From Candidatus Zixiibacteriota bacterium (GTDB lineage: Bacteria; Zixibacteria; MSB-5A5; WJJR01), in the NCBI GenBank assembly GCA_036170655.1, contig JAVHPP010000003.1, forward strand, positions 2,741-64,408: a stretch of DNA of 61,668 nt. Direction: 5' to 3'. The notes below the pieces were generated by a model, which did not search any database, was not told where the DNA came from, and was given only the letters and a program-made list of their open reading frames with translations. This document shows positions 36,031-46,296 of the stretch, in pieces. The first letter of the stretch is position 1. The number at the start of each line of letters is the position of its first letter. A program made the translations under genes and the position numbers.

Positions 36031-37053
36031 ATGATCATGGTTACTATTGCCGTAGTGGCCCGCAAACCGGAGACGCAGAAACGTTATCGAACGCTGCTGG
36101 CCAACGCCGGTGTGGAGACGCACTATGTGACTGATCTCGAGGATCTGGCTCGGTGTGTCAAGTCACGACCCGTTGACCTCATTCTCTTCGATCTCGACGA
36201 TACCAAACTGTCGGCGCCGCAGTGGGTCGATCGTGTCCGGCAAGATGACGATTTGGGCTTGACGCCGGTGCTGTGGATCGGAACTGGGGTTTCGGCGACA
36301 GCCACGCAGGCGGCAGACGCATATCGGCCGGGTCTGCATGTCCTCCATTTCCCCGGTCAAGACACGCTGACAGAGTTCATCAGTGCGCTCATCGGGCGAA
36401 GAGCCGAAGGGGTAGATGGCTTAGCCCCGGCGGTATCCAGGCCCAAGTCGGCAGACTGGAAACCCGAGGATCTCGGCATCGATCATGCTCTCCGCATATT
36501 TGCCGATCCTAATGAACACGTAGCCAATGACCCTGAAACCACCGTATCCGGGGAGGATCGCTCCATGAATTCCGCTCAGAATCCGTCGCCGAAGAAACCC
36601 GCTCAGCCGGGAGCGACGGGTATGACCCACGACTACGACTGGTTTGTCGCCGAGATGAACGGCGCGGAGTCGGAGCGGCAGCAAGCCTCGTCTGACTCCG
36701 GGATTATCGAAGCGGCGGCCCCGGCCAAAATGGAGAAGCGCGGCCTCGTTCCGCCAGCCCGCGAAACAACAGAAAGCTCAAAAGATGATGATCTCGTTCT
36801 TCTTGACGTGACGGAGATGGCGAGCATGAGAGTGCCCACTCTGGATGGATTGTCCGGACGTAGTGGACAGACCGGCAAGTCCCTTGCCTCTCAAAGTACA
36901 GGAGAATCCGGGCCTGAGCATACCGGGGGCGGCACGCTTGTCGACCAGGTGGCGGCCAAAGTCGCCAGCCAGCTCGCGTCTGAGATTGTCCGGCATCTCG
37001 ATCACGATGCCATCCGCAAGGCAGTTGAGGCCGCGCTGACAAAGCCGCAGTAA
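36031..37053 (+). CDS. hypothetical protein: degenerate receiver-like N-domain plus acidic/Ser-rich low-complexity region plus C-terminal helix
   Basis: The N-terminal ~120 aa follow a CheY-like beta-alpha pattern (DLILFDLDD), but the acidic pair and the Lys are missing. Coding potential is supported by length and strand context only. Confidence 0.55.
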   Translation: MIMVTIAVVARKPETQKRYRTLLANAGVETHYVTDLEDLARCVKSRPVDLILFDLDDTKLSAPQWVDRVRQDDDLGLTPVLWIGTGVSATATQAADAYRPGLHVLHFPGQDTLTEFISALIGRRAEGVDGLAPAVSRPKSADWKPEDLGIDHALRIFADPNEHVANDPETTVSGEDRSMNSAQNPSPKKPAQPGATGMTHDYDWFVAEMNGAESERQQASSDSGIIEAAAPAKMEKRGLVPPARETTESSKDDDLVLLDVTEMASMRVPTLDGLSGRSGQTGKSLASQSTGESGPEHTGGGTLVDQVAAKVASQLASEIVRHLDHDAIRKAVEAALTKPQ

Positions 37054-37171
37054 GACCGGCGTCGGTGCCAGTGTGTCTCTGTTGCGCGGCCATAATCGTT
37101 CTTGCCTCCATTCTCCTTTTGCCGATCTTTGGGGAACCACTGCTCCCGGGAAGTGGTATGTCTTGAGTACC

Positions 37172-39100
37172 ATGCCAGATAACCGACCCGCAATGCGCGC
37201 ACACCGAGCCCCTTTGACTTTCCTCGTTCGCGGGTTTGCCATCACGGCGCTGGTGGTCTGTCTCCCTTTGCTTGCCCATGCCCAGTTTGACATGGGTCGC
37301 GGGGCGGACACACCGGAGATTCTTACCGTCAGCCGGTTCCAATCTCTCGACCGTGCACAGGTCGGCGACACGGTCTGGCTGGCTGTCAGGCTCGAGTTGG
37401 CGCAGGGATGGCATGTCAATTCCGCGCATCCGTTGCAGGACTTCCTGATTCCAACCCGATTGGAACTCCATGTCCCCGCCTCATTGAAGGTGGGAGAGAT
37501 TGTCTATCCCTTCGGCCGGGAGATTCCCCTCTTGGGCGACAAGATGTCCGTGTATTCCAGTGGGGCGACAATCTTGGTTCCGCTGTATGTGGACGCGGCC
37601 GCCGCTGGCCCTGTGGAGATCGACGGTACGCTGCGCTACCAGGGATGCAACGACAAGTCTTGCGTTGCTCCGGTTGATCTCTCGCTTAAATGGGCTTTCC
37701 TGGTGGCGACACAACGCGGTCCTCTCCTCCAGTCAGAGGTGTTTGCTCCGGTGCTTGGCGCTGGGCCTTCGCCTGATACACAACTTCATGCGGGTGGGTC
37801 GTCACGCACTGAATCTTCGAGTGAACTGCAACACCTGATAACCCGCTACGGTGGTTGGGGTTATGTTTTGGCCTTCCTGCTGGCTTTCGCAACTGGCCTA
37901 TTGCTGTCGTTCTCCCCCTGCACTTACCCGATGATCCCTATCACCGTGTCCATTTTTGCCGGTCAGGCGAGGGGGATGGGGCGGGGATTTGTGCTTTCTC
38001 TATTTTACGTGCTGACAATGGCTGTGATGTATGGCGTGATGGGAATGATTGTTGCCACGGCCGGCGGAGTCTTTGGCGCCTGGCTGGCGCACCCTGTTGT
38101 CGTGGGTCTCATCGTGGCCATCTTTGTCGTCTTTGCGCTTTCGATGTTCGGTCTCTATGAACTTCAGGTTCCACTGGCGTTGCGCAACAAAATGGCGGGA
38201 CGCGGCGGGAGTGGTGTGGGGGGAGCCATCGTCTTAGGCGCGGTCGCCGCGCTGGTCGTGTCCCCGTGTGTCGGCCCGTTTGTGGCGGGCATCATGCTGT
38301 ATGTTGCCACAACCGGCTCGGCCTTCTTGGGATTCTTCATTCTATTCACCTTTGCGCTGGGTCTGGGAACGCTGTTCATCCTGATTGGGACCTTCTCTTC
38401 CGCCATCCAAGCATTGCCGAATGCCGGCGTGTGGATGGATTCAGTCAAGAAATTCTTCGGGTTTGTTCTTCTGCTGATGGCGCTTTACTTCCTGCGCACA
38501 CTGATCCCGACCGCGCTGCTGGCGATCCTCACAGGTCTCCTCCTTCTTGCAGAAGGGGTCTTCGGCGGCGGACTGGATCGGCTGACCGCCGAATCGACGT
38601 TCTTCCCGAGATTGAAGAAGACGATCGGAATCATTTCGTTCATCTTGGGTATCTATTTGATCGGTGGTTATCTCGTCAATTCTGGACTCATCTGGCCGCC
38701 CCTTTCCCGGCAGGGCGGACTCTTGGAAGCCGGTGTCGGCCAGTCCGAAGGAATCCTCTGGACGACTGATTTGGATCAGGGACTCCAGACCGCGCGCGCC
38801 GCGGGCCGGCCGGTTGTGATCGATACATGGGCGACCTGGTGCGCCAACTGCAAGAAACTCGACGAGGTCACCTGGTCCGATGGCCATGTTGTCACCGAGG
38901 TCCGACGCTTTTTCCCGCTGAAACTGCAACTCGAGCGCAGCGGCGATTCCCAGACCCGGCATTTCCTACAAGTGTTCGCACTGAAGCAATACTCCCTGCC
39001 CACGGTCATCCTGATCGACTCGCGTGGCGACGTGAGCGATGTGATTCAGGGGTATCTTGGTCCGGAGGAGATGTTGCAGCGTCTCCGTGCCGTGAGTTGA
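37172..39100 (+). CDS. dsbD: thiol:disulfide interchange protein DsbD family (N-terminal domain, CcdA-like TM core, thioredoxin domain)
   Basis: Signal peptide, RYQGCNDKSCVAP, TM Cys motifs FSPCTYPMIP and VSPCVGPF, and C-terminal WATWCANCK. An alternative upstream start lies at 37073. Confidence 0.85.
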   Translation: MPDNRPAMRAHRAPLTFLVRGFAITALVVCLPLLAHAQFDMGRGADTPEILTVSRFQSLDRAQVGDTVWLAVRLELAQGWHVNSAHPLQDFLIPTRLELHVPASLKVGEIVYPFGREIPLLGDKMSVYSSGATILVPLYVDAAAAGPVEIDGTLRYQGCNDKSCVAPVDLSLKWAFLVATQRGPLLQSEVFAPVLGAGPSPDTQLHAGGSSRTESSSELQHLITRYGGWGYVLAFLLAFATGLLLSFSPCTYPMIPITVSIFAGQARGMGRGFVLSLFYVLTMAVMYGVMGMIVATAGGVFGAWLAHPVVVGLIVAIFVVFALSMFGLYELQVPLALRNKMAGRGGSGVGGAIVLGAVAALVVSPCVGPFVAGIMLYVATTGSAFLGFFILFTFALGLGTLFILIGTFSSAIQALPNAGVWMDSVKKFFGFVLLLMALYFLRTLIPTALLAILTGLLLLAEGVFGGGLDRLTAESTFFPRLKKTIGIISFILGIYLIGGYLVNSGLIWPPLSRQGGLLEAGVGQSEGILWTTDLDQGLQTARAAGRPVVIDTWATWCANCKKLDEVTWSDGHVVTEVRRFFPLKLQLERSGDSQTRHFLQVFALKQYSLPTVILIDSRGDVSDVIQGYLGPEEMLQRLRAVS

Positions 39101-39211
39101 CTTCTTTCCCCGCCTGATTTTTCCATTGTTTTATCCGCTTATCCTGCCGCTACCCTTTCGTTTGCGTGACGACGGGATGCACCGTTACTTCTCCGGTGGG
39201 ACCGGGGCCGA

Positions 39212-41932
39212 ATGATGACAGTTCAACCACGTCTGTATCTGATTGACGGGACCGCGCTGGCATACCGTGCGTACTTTGCCTTCATCCGCGCCCCTTTGCG
39301 CAACTCCAAAGGGGAGAACACATCCGCCATTTTCGGCGTGGCGAACTCCCTGTTGAAGCTGCGACGGGAGGAGAAGCCGGAATTCTGGGCTTTCGCGTTT
39401 GATCGTCCAGAGCCAACCTTCCGCCATGAGAAGCACGAGGCGTACAAGGCGACCAGGGCACCGACGCCCGATGACCTGATTTCGCAACTGACGCGTGTCA
39501 AGGAAGTTGCTGTCACGCTGGGTTGTCCCCTGATCGAGATGCCCGGTTACGAAGCCGATGACCTGATCGGCACGCTCGCCCTCAAGGCAGTGGACGGCGG
39601 ATATGATGTGGTTATCGTATCCGGTGACAAGGACCTGACACAGCTCGTCAGCGACCGGATCAAAATCTATAATCCGCACAGGGGTGGCGCGGAGGTCGAG
39701 TGGCTCGACCACGATGCCGTCAGAGAGAAATACGGGGTTCCCCCTGAACGCATCCGTGATTTGCTTGCCCTCATGGGAGACTCGTCCGACAATGTCCCCG
39801 GCGTGCCGGGAGTTGGTCCCAAGACCGCCATCGAACTGATCAATCAATACGGCGATCTGGAGTCTGTGCTGAAGGCAGCGGATACGGTCAAGCGCCAGGC
39901 GTTGCGTGAGAAACTGACCACGTATGCTGACCAGGCCCGATTCTCCATGGACCTTGTGACCCTGAAAACAGACTGCCCTGTTGAATGGGAGCCCCAAAGG
40001 TTCCAGGCCACGTCGTTCGACGAAAAAGCGGCTGCCCGCCTCTTTGTCGAGCTTGAGTTCAAATCTCTGGTCAGGTGGCTGGGACCTGATCTCACGGGCA
40101 ATGAGGCGTCTCCTCTGGTATCTGCCGACAAGGCGGGTGTCTACAATCCGGTGCGTTCACTGGCAGAACTGGAGAAGCTGGTGCAACGCATCCGCGAGGC
40201 GGAATGGCTGGCCGTTGATACCGAAACGACCTCGCTGGCGACACCCGATGCGGAGCTGGTCGGGATTTCTCTGTCGTTTGCGGAGGCGGAAGCCTGGTAT
40301 GTCCCGTTGGGACACGAAGACACAAGCGCGAATCTGCCGCTTCAGGATGTCTTGAACTTGCTACGGCCGGTTCTCACCAACCAGCGTCCGCGCCTGATCG
40401 CGCAAAACGTCAAGTATGACGCCCAAATCTTCACAAAGTACGGCATCGAGCTGGGAAACATCGGCTTCGATCCCATGCTCGCCTCATACTGTCTCAACCC
40501 GGAAACCCGTTCCCATGGCTTGGACGCACTGGCGGAACGGCATTGTAACCATCGGATGCAACCGATTGAGGAACTGATTGGTTCGGGCAAACGGCAGATT
40601 GGCTTCGCCAAAGTGCCCGTCGATCAAGCGACATGCTACTCAGCTGAAGACGCCGATTACACGTACCGCCTCTTCCATATCCTGTCACCGCAACTGGCCC
40701 CGGCGGGAGTGGAAAAACTCTTCCATGAAATCGAATTGCCACTGGCGCCAGTGCTGGGCCGGATGGAGTTTACCGGCATCTGTGTCGACAAGGCATACCT
40801 GAAACGTTTGTCCGACGAATTCCAGCACCAGATCGACGGATTGACGGAGAAGATTTTTGCCATGGCCGGGGAGACGTTCAACGTCAATTCTCCGGGGCAA
40901 CTGGCGCATATCCTCTTTGATGTTCTGAAGCTGTCGTCGTTGCGTAAGACGTCCAAGACGGCGCAACGCGCAACGGATGTGGGCGTATTGGAGAAGCTGG
41001 CCGTCGAGCACGAGCTTCCCCGGTTAATGCTCGAGTACCGCCAGTTGGCGAAATTGAAATCGACCTACACGGACGCCCTGCTGGAACTGGTCAATCCGTC
41101 GACCGGGCGCGTGCACACATCATTCAACCAGACCGTGGCGGCCACCGGACGGCTGTCGTCGACCGATCCGAATCTTCAGAATATCCCAATTCGGACCGAA
41201 GAAGGCCGCAAGATCCGCCGTGCCTTTATACCGCGCGACGAGAGCCACCGGATTCTCACCGCCGACTACTCGCAGATCGAACTGCGTCTGATGGCGCATT
41301 TCTCGCAGGATCCGGCGCTTCTGGCAGCCTTTCGTGACGCGGCCGATGTGCATGCGCGCACCGCCAGTGAGATCTTTGGGATTCCCGAGAAAGATGTGTC
41401 GCCGGAACAGAGACGGCTGGCCAAGACCGCCAATTTTGGCATCATTTACGGTGTGTCTGCCTATGGTTTATCGCAACAATCGGCCATGAGTGTTGGTGAG
41501 GCGAAGGTCTTTATCGATACCTACTTCCAGCGTTACCCCGGCGTTAAGCGCTTCATCGACAACACGATTGCCCAAGCCCGCAAGGATGGGTTGGTGCGGA
41601 CTTTCTTTGGTCGCCGGCGGTTTCTGCCGGATATGTCGTCATCGAACCGCCAGCGACGCGAGTTCTCCGAACGGATGGCTGTCAATACACCGATGCAGGG
41701 TACCGCTGCCGACATCATTAAGAAGGCGATGATCGAGATTGACCGGCAACTCTGCGGCAAGCGCTCTGTCATGGCCCTTCAGGTCCATGACGAACTTGTG
41801 TTCGATGCACACGAATCAGAGGTCCGATGGCTCCAGGGAATGGTAAAAGACATCATGGAGAATGTCGTGACGCTCGATGTTCCCTTGGTTGTCGATCTGG
41901 GCGCCGGTCCCAACTGGCTGGAAGCAAAATGA
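39212..41932 (+). CDS. polA: DNA polymerase I
   Basis: 5'-nuclease N-terminus LYLIDGTALAYRAYFA, 3'-5' exonuclease-like region LAVDTETTSL, polymerase motifs ADYSQIELRLMAH, RRLAKTANFGIIYG and QVHDELVF. Confidence 0.95.
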   Translation: MMTVQPRLYLIDGTALAYRAYFAFIRAPLRNSKGENTSAIFGVANSLLKLRREEKPEFWAFAFDRPEPTFRHEKHEAYKATRAPTPDDLISQLTRVKEVAVTLGCPLIEMPGYEADDLIGTLALKAVDGGYDVVIVSGDKDLTQLVSDRIKIYNPHRGGAEVEWLDHDAVREKYGVPPERIRDLLALMGDSSDNVPGVPGVGPKTAIELINQYGDLESVLKAADTVKRQALREKLTTYADQARFSMDLVTLKTDCPVEWEPQRFQATSFDEKAAARLFVELEFKSLVRWLGPDLTGNEASPLVSADKAGVYNPVRSLAELEKLVQRIREAEWLAVDTETTSLATPDAELVGISLSFAEAEAWYVPLGHEDTSANLPLQDVLNLLRPVLTNQRPRLIAQNVKYDAQIFTKYGIELGNIGFDPMLASYCLNPETRSHGLDALAERHCNHRMQPIEELIGSGKRQIGFAKVPVDQATCYSAEDADYTYRLFHILSPQLAPAGVEKLFHEIELPLAPVLGRMEFTGICVDKAYLKRLSDEFQHQIDGLTEKIFAMAGETFNVNSPGQLAHILFDVLKLSSLRKTSKTAQRATDVGVLEKLAVEHELPRLMLEYRQLAKLKSTYTDALLELVNPSTGRVHTSFNQTVAATGRLSSTDPNLQNIPIRTEEGRKIRRAFIPRDESHRILTADYSQIELRLMAHFSQDPALLAAFRDAADVHARTASEIFGIPEKDVSPEQRRLAKTANFGIIYGVSAYGLSQQSAMSVGEAKVFIDTYFQRYPGVKRFIDNTIAQARKDGLVRTFFGRRRFLPDMSSSNRQRREFSERMAVNTPMQGTAADIIKKAMIEIDRQLCGKRSVMALQVHDELVFDAHESEVRWLQGMVKDIMENVVTLDVPLVVDLGAGPNWLEAK

Positions 41933-43623
41933 CGAGGATAGGAATGGTACGGATCCAGGCATTGTTCCGTTCTTGGTTCACCCCTCTGCCAACGCTGATG
42001 GTCTTGTATCTGGTGTCCGGGCCATCTGTGGCCTCGGGCGCAAAGTCCGGTGCCCTTCATTGGGCGGCTTGGGATACCCTGCAGGCACAGGCGGAAGTTA
42101 TTCCGGCCCTGCGCTATGCGTTCTATGCCTATCGGACGTTATCTGTGCCGTACCCGGAAATCTACTTAAAGTCCGATTCTCTTTTCTCGGAAGTTGTCGA
42201 GCATCTTCCCGGAAGTCAGGCCGCCTATTTTGATCGTGATGGTCGCAACTTGGAATTGTACCGTCAATTGCAGCGTGGCGAAGGGAAGGGCGGGGCGTTT
42301 TCCTGGACCCTTTGGTCGATCCTGCCAGACAGCATCTTCGACACCGAGGACAGCACACTCTCGACCTCGTGGCTGGACCGCCGATTGCCTTCGGCGGCAG
42401 TCCTCCTGCGGGCGACGTCCCGTCGCCTCTCGACCGCGGAAGCAGCAGCCATGATTTACACGCAGATGCGGCGAACCGGAAAGCCTGATACGGCCCTATT
42501 CGTCATCATTGACACACAGGGTCGTGGATACCTGCTGATCGATTCCAGCGTTGTCTCACCCAGTTCGCTCAGCGGACTCCCGGATGGAGGCCGCAGCATC
42601 TCTCCGGCGATTGTCTTCAACGAACGGGCCGTTTACTACCCGTTGTTTGGCAGAGACGACCGGAGCGTGTACCCTGCCCTTGCCAGGGCCGTGGAAAAGC
42701 TGGGCGCTGGCGGGTCCCCCCGTATGACGGCGGCAGAAAAGGTCCGTGCCGGCAGGATGCGCACCGTGGCCGAACTGCCAAACGAACAAGCGAAGCTTCT
42801 GGCGGCCATTGTGGCCTTCGGAGGTGTTGGCACCTATGACAAAACGCTTCAGAAGGCATGGGCACAATGCCTCGGGCGCCCCGCTGACAGTATCCCGCTG
42901 GGCTGTGAGAGCGGGATGGTGCGCACGGCAGTTTACTGGGCCGATCAATTGAGCGCCCCGGTCGCGCAACTAGCGGAACTGTCCCGGCCGAAGGATCTTG
43001 CCCGTTCACTGTCTGCCTTCCAAGTCCGCTTTCTTGAGTTATGCGGTCGGCCGGTCGCCTCCCCCGGGCGATCACAAAAATCCCTCGAAGCATGGGGCAA
43101 CCTCTGGTCGTATGAACTCATCGATATTTCCTTTGACGACATCATTAGGACACGTTCCGGCCAGGGATCCTCACAGGCGCTGGCCATGTCCGCAGTCCTC
43201 GACTTGGTTGGTGTGCCCTACTATCGTCTCGAACTCAACGAAGGCCGGCGCAAGGTGCCAGATCAGCATTGGATCATTACCGATCACGGACGCTGGCAAT
43301 TCAATTTGGGCGTCTGGACGCGTGTGGCCGACACGATGTCATCCGGAAGGAACCTCCCTGTCGTGCTTGCTTCCTACGGCACCGGCGGGCGCTGGGTGAA
43401 CTTCGATGTCCATGGGGTGCAGGGAGACGCCGACAATTTGATTGTCAGCAGCGACCTGACACAGGTCGCGGGCATGATGCCAGAGGTTGCCGTGATCTTT
43501 TTGATGCGGCCAGAAATGACCACGGCCATTGGCGATCTCATGCTACAGTTGGCTGATGATCAGATTCTCTGCCGACGGTTCCCTTGGCCGGCGCTGAACA
43601 CCGTTTCCCCGCGCGGACAGTAG
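41929..43623 (+). CDS. hypothetical secreted protein, translationally coupled to polA; C-terminal transglutaminase-like core with substituted catalytic residues
   Basis: ATGA overlap with the polA stop. Signal-like segment LPTLMVLYLVSGPSVASG. The motif is described in the findings. Confidence 0.6.
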   Translation: MTRIGMVRIQALFRSWFTPLPTLMVLYLVSGPSVASGAKSGALHWAAWDTLQAQAEVIPALRYAFYAYRTLSVPYPEIYLKSDSLFSEVVEHLPGSQAAYFDRDGRNLELYRQLQRGEGKGGAFSWTLWSILPDSIFDTEDSTLSTSWLDRRLPSAAVLLRATSRRLSTAEAAAMIYTQMRRTGKPDTALFVIIDTQGRGYLLIDSSVVSPSSLSGLPDGGRSISPAIVFNERAVYYPLFGRDDRSVYPALARAVEKLGAGGSPRMTAAEKVRAGRMRTVAELPNEQAKLLAAIVAFGGVGTYDKTLQKAWAQCLGRPADSIPLGCESGMVRTAVYWADQLSAPVAQLAELSRPKDLARSLSAFQVRFLELCGRPVASPGRSQKSLEAWGNLWSYELIDISFDDIIRTRSGQGSSQALAMSAVLDLVGVPYYRLELNEGRRKVPDQHWIITDHGRWQFNLGVWTRVADTMSSGRNLPVVLASYGTGGRWVNFDVHGVQGDADNLIVSSDLTQVAGMMPEVAVIFLMRPEMTTAIGDLMLQLADDQILCRRFPWPALNTVSPRGQ

Positions 43624-43666
43624 ACGACCGCGCCACTCGGCCCACGTCATCCCCATCCGACATCTG

Positions 43667-44293
43667 ATGCCTGCCACGCTGCGCTCCAGACAAAGACGAC
43701 CCGTGATCGGTGTGACCGGCGGTGTGGGAGCTGGCAAATCGACGGTAGCTGCCCTCTTTGAAAAGTGGGGAGGGCTACTCATTTCGGGGGATGAGATTGG
43801 CAGGCAGGTTGTGGACCGGTCCATCTTGCTGAGGCGACGGTTAGCCCGCGTTTTCGGGGATGACATCCTGGAGGGTGGAATCCTTCGCCGGTCCATTCTC
43901 GCACAACGGGCCTTTGCAAATCCGGAAGCGGCTGGCAAATTGAACGGGCTTGTGCATCCTCTTCTCTTGAGAGAGTTGAACCGGCAGATCGAAACGGCCA
44001 GACGCTCCCCCCGTCACCGTGCGGTCATTGTCGATGCGGCGTTGCTGCCCGAATGGGGGAAGGCGCGCATTCCTTGGGATTATCTCGTCGGTGTCTGGGC
44101 GCCACGCACACAGAGATACAAGCGTCTCCGGCAGCGGGGATGGTCTGACGAGGAGATCGAAAGCCGCATGAGAGAGCAAATGCCCTGGAGTCAGCGGCGT
44201 CTGGTCGTGGATCGGGTTGTCAAAAACGATGGATCCATCGACCAACTTGAACGTCGTGCGAGATTTTGCTGGCGGAACATTGTATCTTCCTGA
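43667..44293 (+). CDS. coaE: dephospho-CoA kinase
   Basis: VIGVTGGVGAGKSTVA P-loop; about 200 aa. Confidence 0.85.
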   Translation: MPATLRSRQRRPVIGVTGGVGAGKSTVAALFEKWGGLLISGDEIGRQVVDRSILLRRRLARVFGDDILEGGILRRSILAQRAFANPEAAGKLNGLVHPLLLRELNRQIETARRSPRHRAVIVDAALLPEWGKARIPWDYLVGVWAPRTQRYKRLRQRGWSDEEIESRMREQMPWSQRRLVVDRVVKNDGSIDQLERRARFCWRNIVSS

Positions 44294-44344
44294 TCGTGAG
44301 AGCCCGCTGCTGTCGGGGCGGGAAACGGACAGGCAGGGAACAGG

Positions 44345-45217
44345 ATGACGCGCAATAACCCGTTTCGCTTTGACCTCGACCAGTTAAAGTTGAAAGCGCT
44401 CGATCTGCGGCGCGATATCATCACGATGCTCGTGGCGGCGCAATCCGGTCATACGGGCGGCCCCATGGATTTTGCCGATCTTGCGTCCGCGCTATTCTTT
44501 CACGAGATGGTCTATGACCCGCGTCAGCCGAAGTGGCCGGGTCGCGACATGTGGTTTTTTTCCATGGGGCATGTTACCCCGATTCACTACTCGGCGCTGG
44601 CCGAGGCCGGCTTCTTTCCCCTGAAAGACCTGATGAAGTTCCGCAAACTCGACGGGCAGCTGCAGGGGCACCCATCGAGTCTCGATACGCCCGGGGTCGA
44701 GGTGTCTTCCGGTTCCCTCGGGCAGGGGCTTTCGATCGCGTTCGGCGCCGCGTACGGCTCGCGTATGGACAGCCATCCCCGGCGCGTCTATGCACTCCTT
44801 TCCGATGGCGAACACGAAGAGGGTTCGACTTGGGAAGCCATCATGGCTGCCGGACATTATCAACTTGACAACTTGTGTGCCGTTGTGGACTACAACAATA
44901 TACAGATCGACGGTCATGTTGAAGATGTCATGGGCCTGGCTCCCTTGGGCGACAAATACCGGGCCTTCCGCTGGCATGTCATCGAGATTGATGGGCACGA
45001 CATGAAGGCGGTTCTTGATGCGTTCGAAGAAGCGCGAAACACCAAGGGCAAACCGACGGTGATCCTGGCGCGAACAGTCATGGGGTATCCCGTCTCGTTC
45101 ATGCTGGACAAATACGAGTGGCACGGCAAGCCCCCCAAACCCGAGGAAGGGGAACGCGCGCTGACCGAACTCGGAACCACCTATGCCCAGTGGGCCGACC
45201 GTCTGCTGAAGAACTGA
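44345..45217 (+). CDS. transketolase, N-terminal (thiamine-diphosphate-binding) subunit
   Basis: AQSGHTGGPMD, SMGHVTP and LLSDGEHEEGSTWEA. Confidence 0.88.
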   Translation: MTRNNPFRFDLDQLKLKALDLRRDIITMLVAAQSGHTGGPMDFADLASALFFHEMVYDPRQPKWPGRDMWFFSMGHVTPIHYSALAEAGFFPLKDLMKFRKLDGQLQGHPSSLDTPGVEVSSGSLGQGLSIAFGAAYGSRMDSHPRRVYALLSDGEHEEGSTWEAIMAAGHYQLDNLCAVVDYNNIQIDGHVEDVMGLAPLGDKYRAFRWHVIEIDGHDMKAVLDAFEEARNTKGKPTVILARTVMGYPVSFMLDKYEWHGKPPKPEEGERALTELGTTYAQWADRLLKN

Positions 45218-45245
45218 CGAACCAGCGCCGGGGCACGCACGATCA

Positions 45246-46217
45246 ATGGCAAGCGAGAACATGATGCCAGCAATGAAGAAAACACGAGAAGGATTTGGGC
45301 GCGCGCTGCTCGAACTGGGACAGACCAATCCCGATATCGTCGTCTTGGTCGGTGATCTCACCGATTCCACTATGGTCAGTTTCTTCGCCAAGGAGTTTCC
45401 GGAGCGGTTCATCGAAATGGGCGTTGCCGAGCAGAACATGATGACGGCGGCGGCCGGTCTCTCTTTAGTTGGGAAGATCCCGTTTCTGGCCACCTATGGC
45501 GCCTTTGCCACCTGTCGCTGTGCCGATCAAATTCGTGTGACCGTTTGTTATTCCGACCTCAACGTCAAGATCGGTGGTGCCCACGGTGGGATATCGGTGG
45601 GCCCCGACGGCGCCACCCATCAGGCCTTAGAAGAGATCGCAATGATGCGGGTTCTGCCCAACATGAAAGTGATTGTTCCCTGTGATTACGAGGAGACCCG
45701 CAAAGCGACGCTGGCCGCGGCGGACGTGTGGGGGCCTGTGTATATCCGGTTCGGCCGCGAGGATGTTCCTGTCGTGACCGATCCCAGCACGCCGTTTGAA
45801 CTGGGGCGGGGTCTTACCCTGAGGGATGGTGGCGACGTGGCCATCGTCGCCTGCGGTGTTATGGTGTACGAGGCACTCCAGGCAGCCGAGGCGCTGGCCA
45901 AAGAAGGGATCGAGGCACGCGTCATCAACATCCATACGGTAAAGCCGATTGACCGCCCGCTCTTGACCCAAGCCGCGGAAGACTGCGGCGCCGTGGTGAC
46001 CGCCGAAGAACACCAGATTCATGGCGGCTTGGGAAGCGCCGTCGCGGAAGTCTTGGTCCGCACCTGCCCGGTCCCTATGGAGTTTGTTGCAGTTAACGAT
46101 CGGTTTGGCCAGTCGGGGAAGCCCGCCGAACTGATGGCGGCCTTCGGGTTGACCTCCACTCATATCATTGCGGCGGCACGCCAGGTCTTGACACGAAAGA
46201 TGGCGAGATCCTATTGA
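45246..46217 (+). CDS. transketolase, C-terminal (pyrimidine-binding) subunit
   Basis: FIEMGVAEQNMMTAAAGL, GATHQALEDIA-like GATHQALEEIA and TAEEHQIHGGLGSAV. Confidence 0.88.
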   Translation: MASENMMPAMKKTREGFGRALLELGQTNPDIVVLVGDLTDSTMVSFFAKEFPERFIEMGVAEQNMMTAAAGLSLVGKIPFLATYGAFATCRCADQIRVTVCYSDLNVKIGGAHGGISVGPDGATHQALEEIAMMRVLPNMKVIVPCDYEETRKATLAAADVWGPVYIRFGREDVPVVTDPSTPFELGRGLTLRDGGDVAIVACGVMVYEALQAAEALAKEGIEARVINIHTVKPIDRPLLTQAAEDCGAVVTAEEHQIHGGLGSAVAEVLVRTCPVPMEFVAVNDRFGQSGKPAELMAAFGLTSTHIIAAARQVLTRKMARSY

Positions 46218-46296
46218 AGTACATTGTCATTATCCCGTGATTCGATCCGCGCCGCCGCAGAACAGCAGCTCGATAAGCACGAAGGGAATGGGACAC

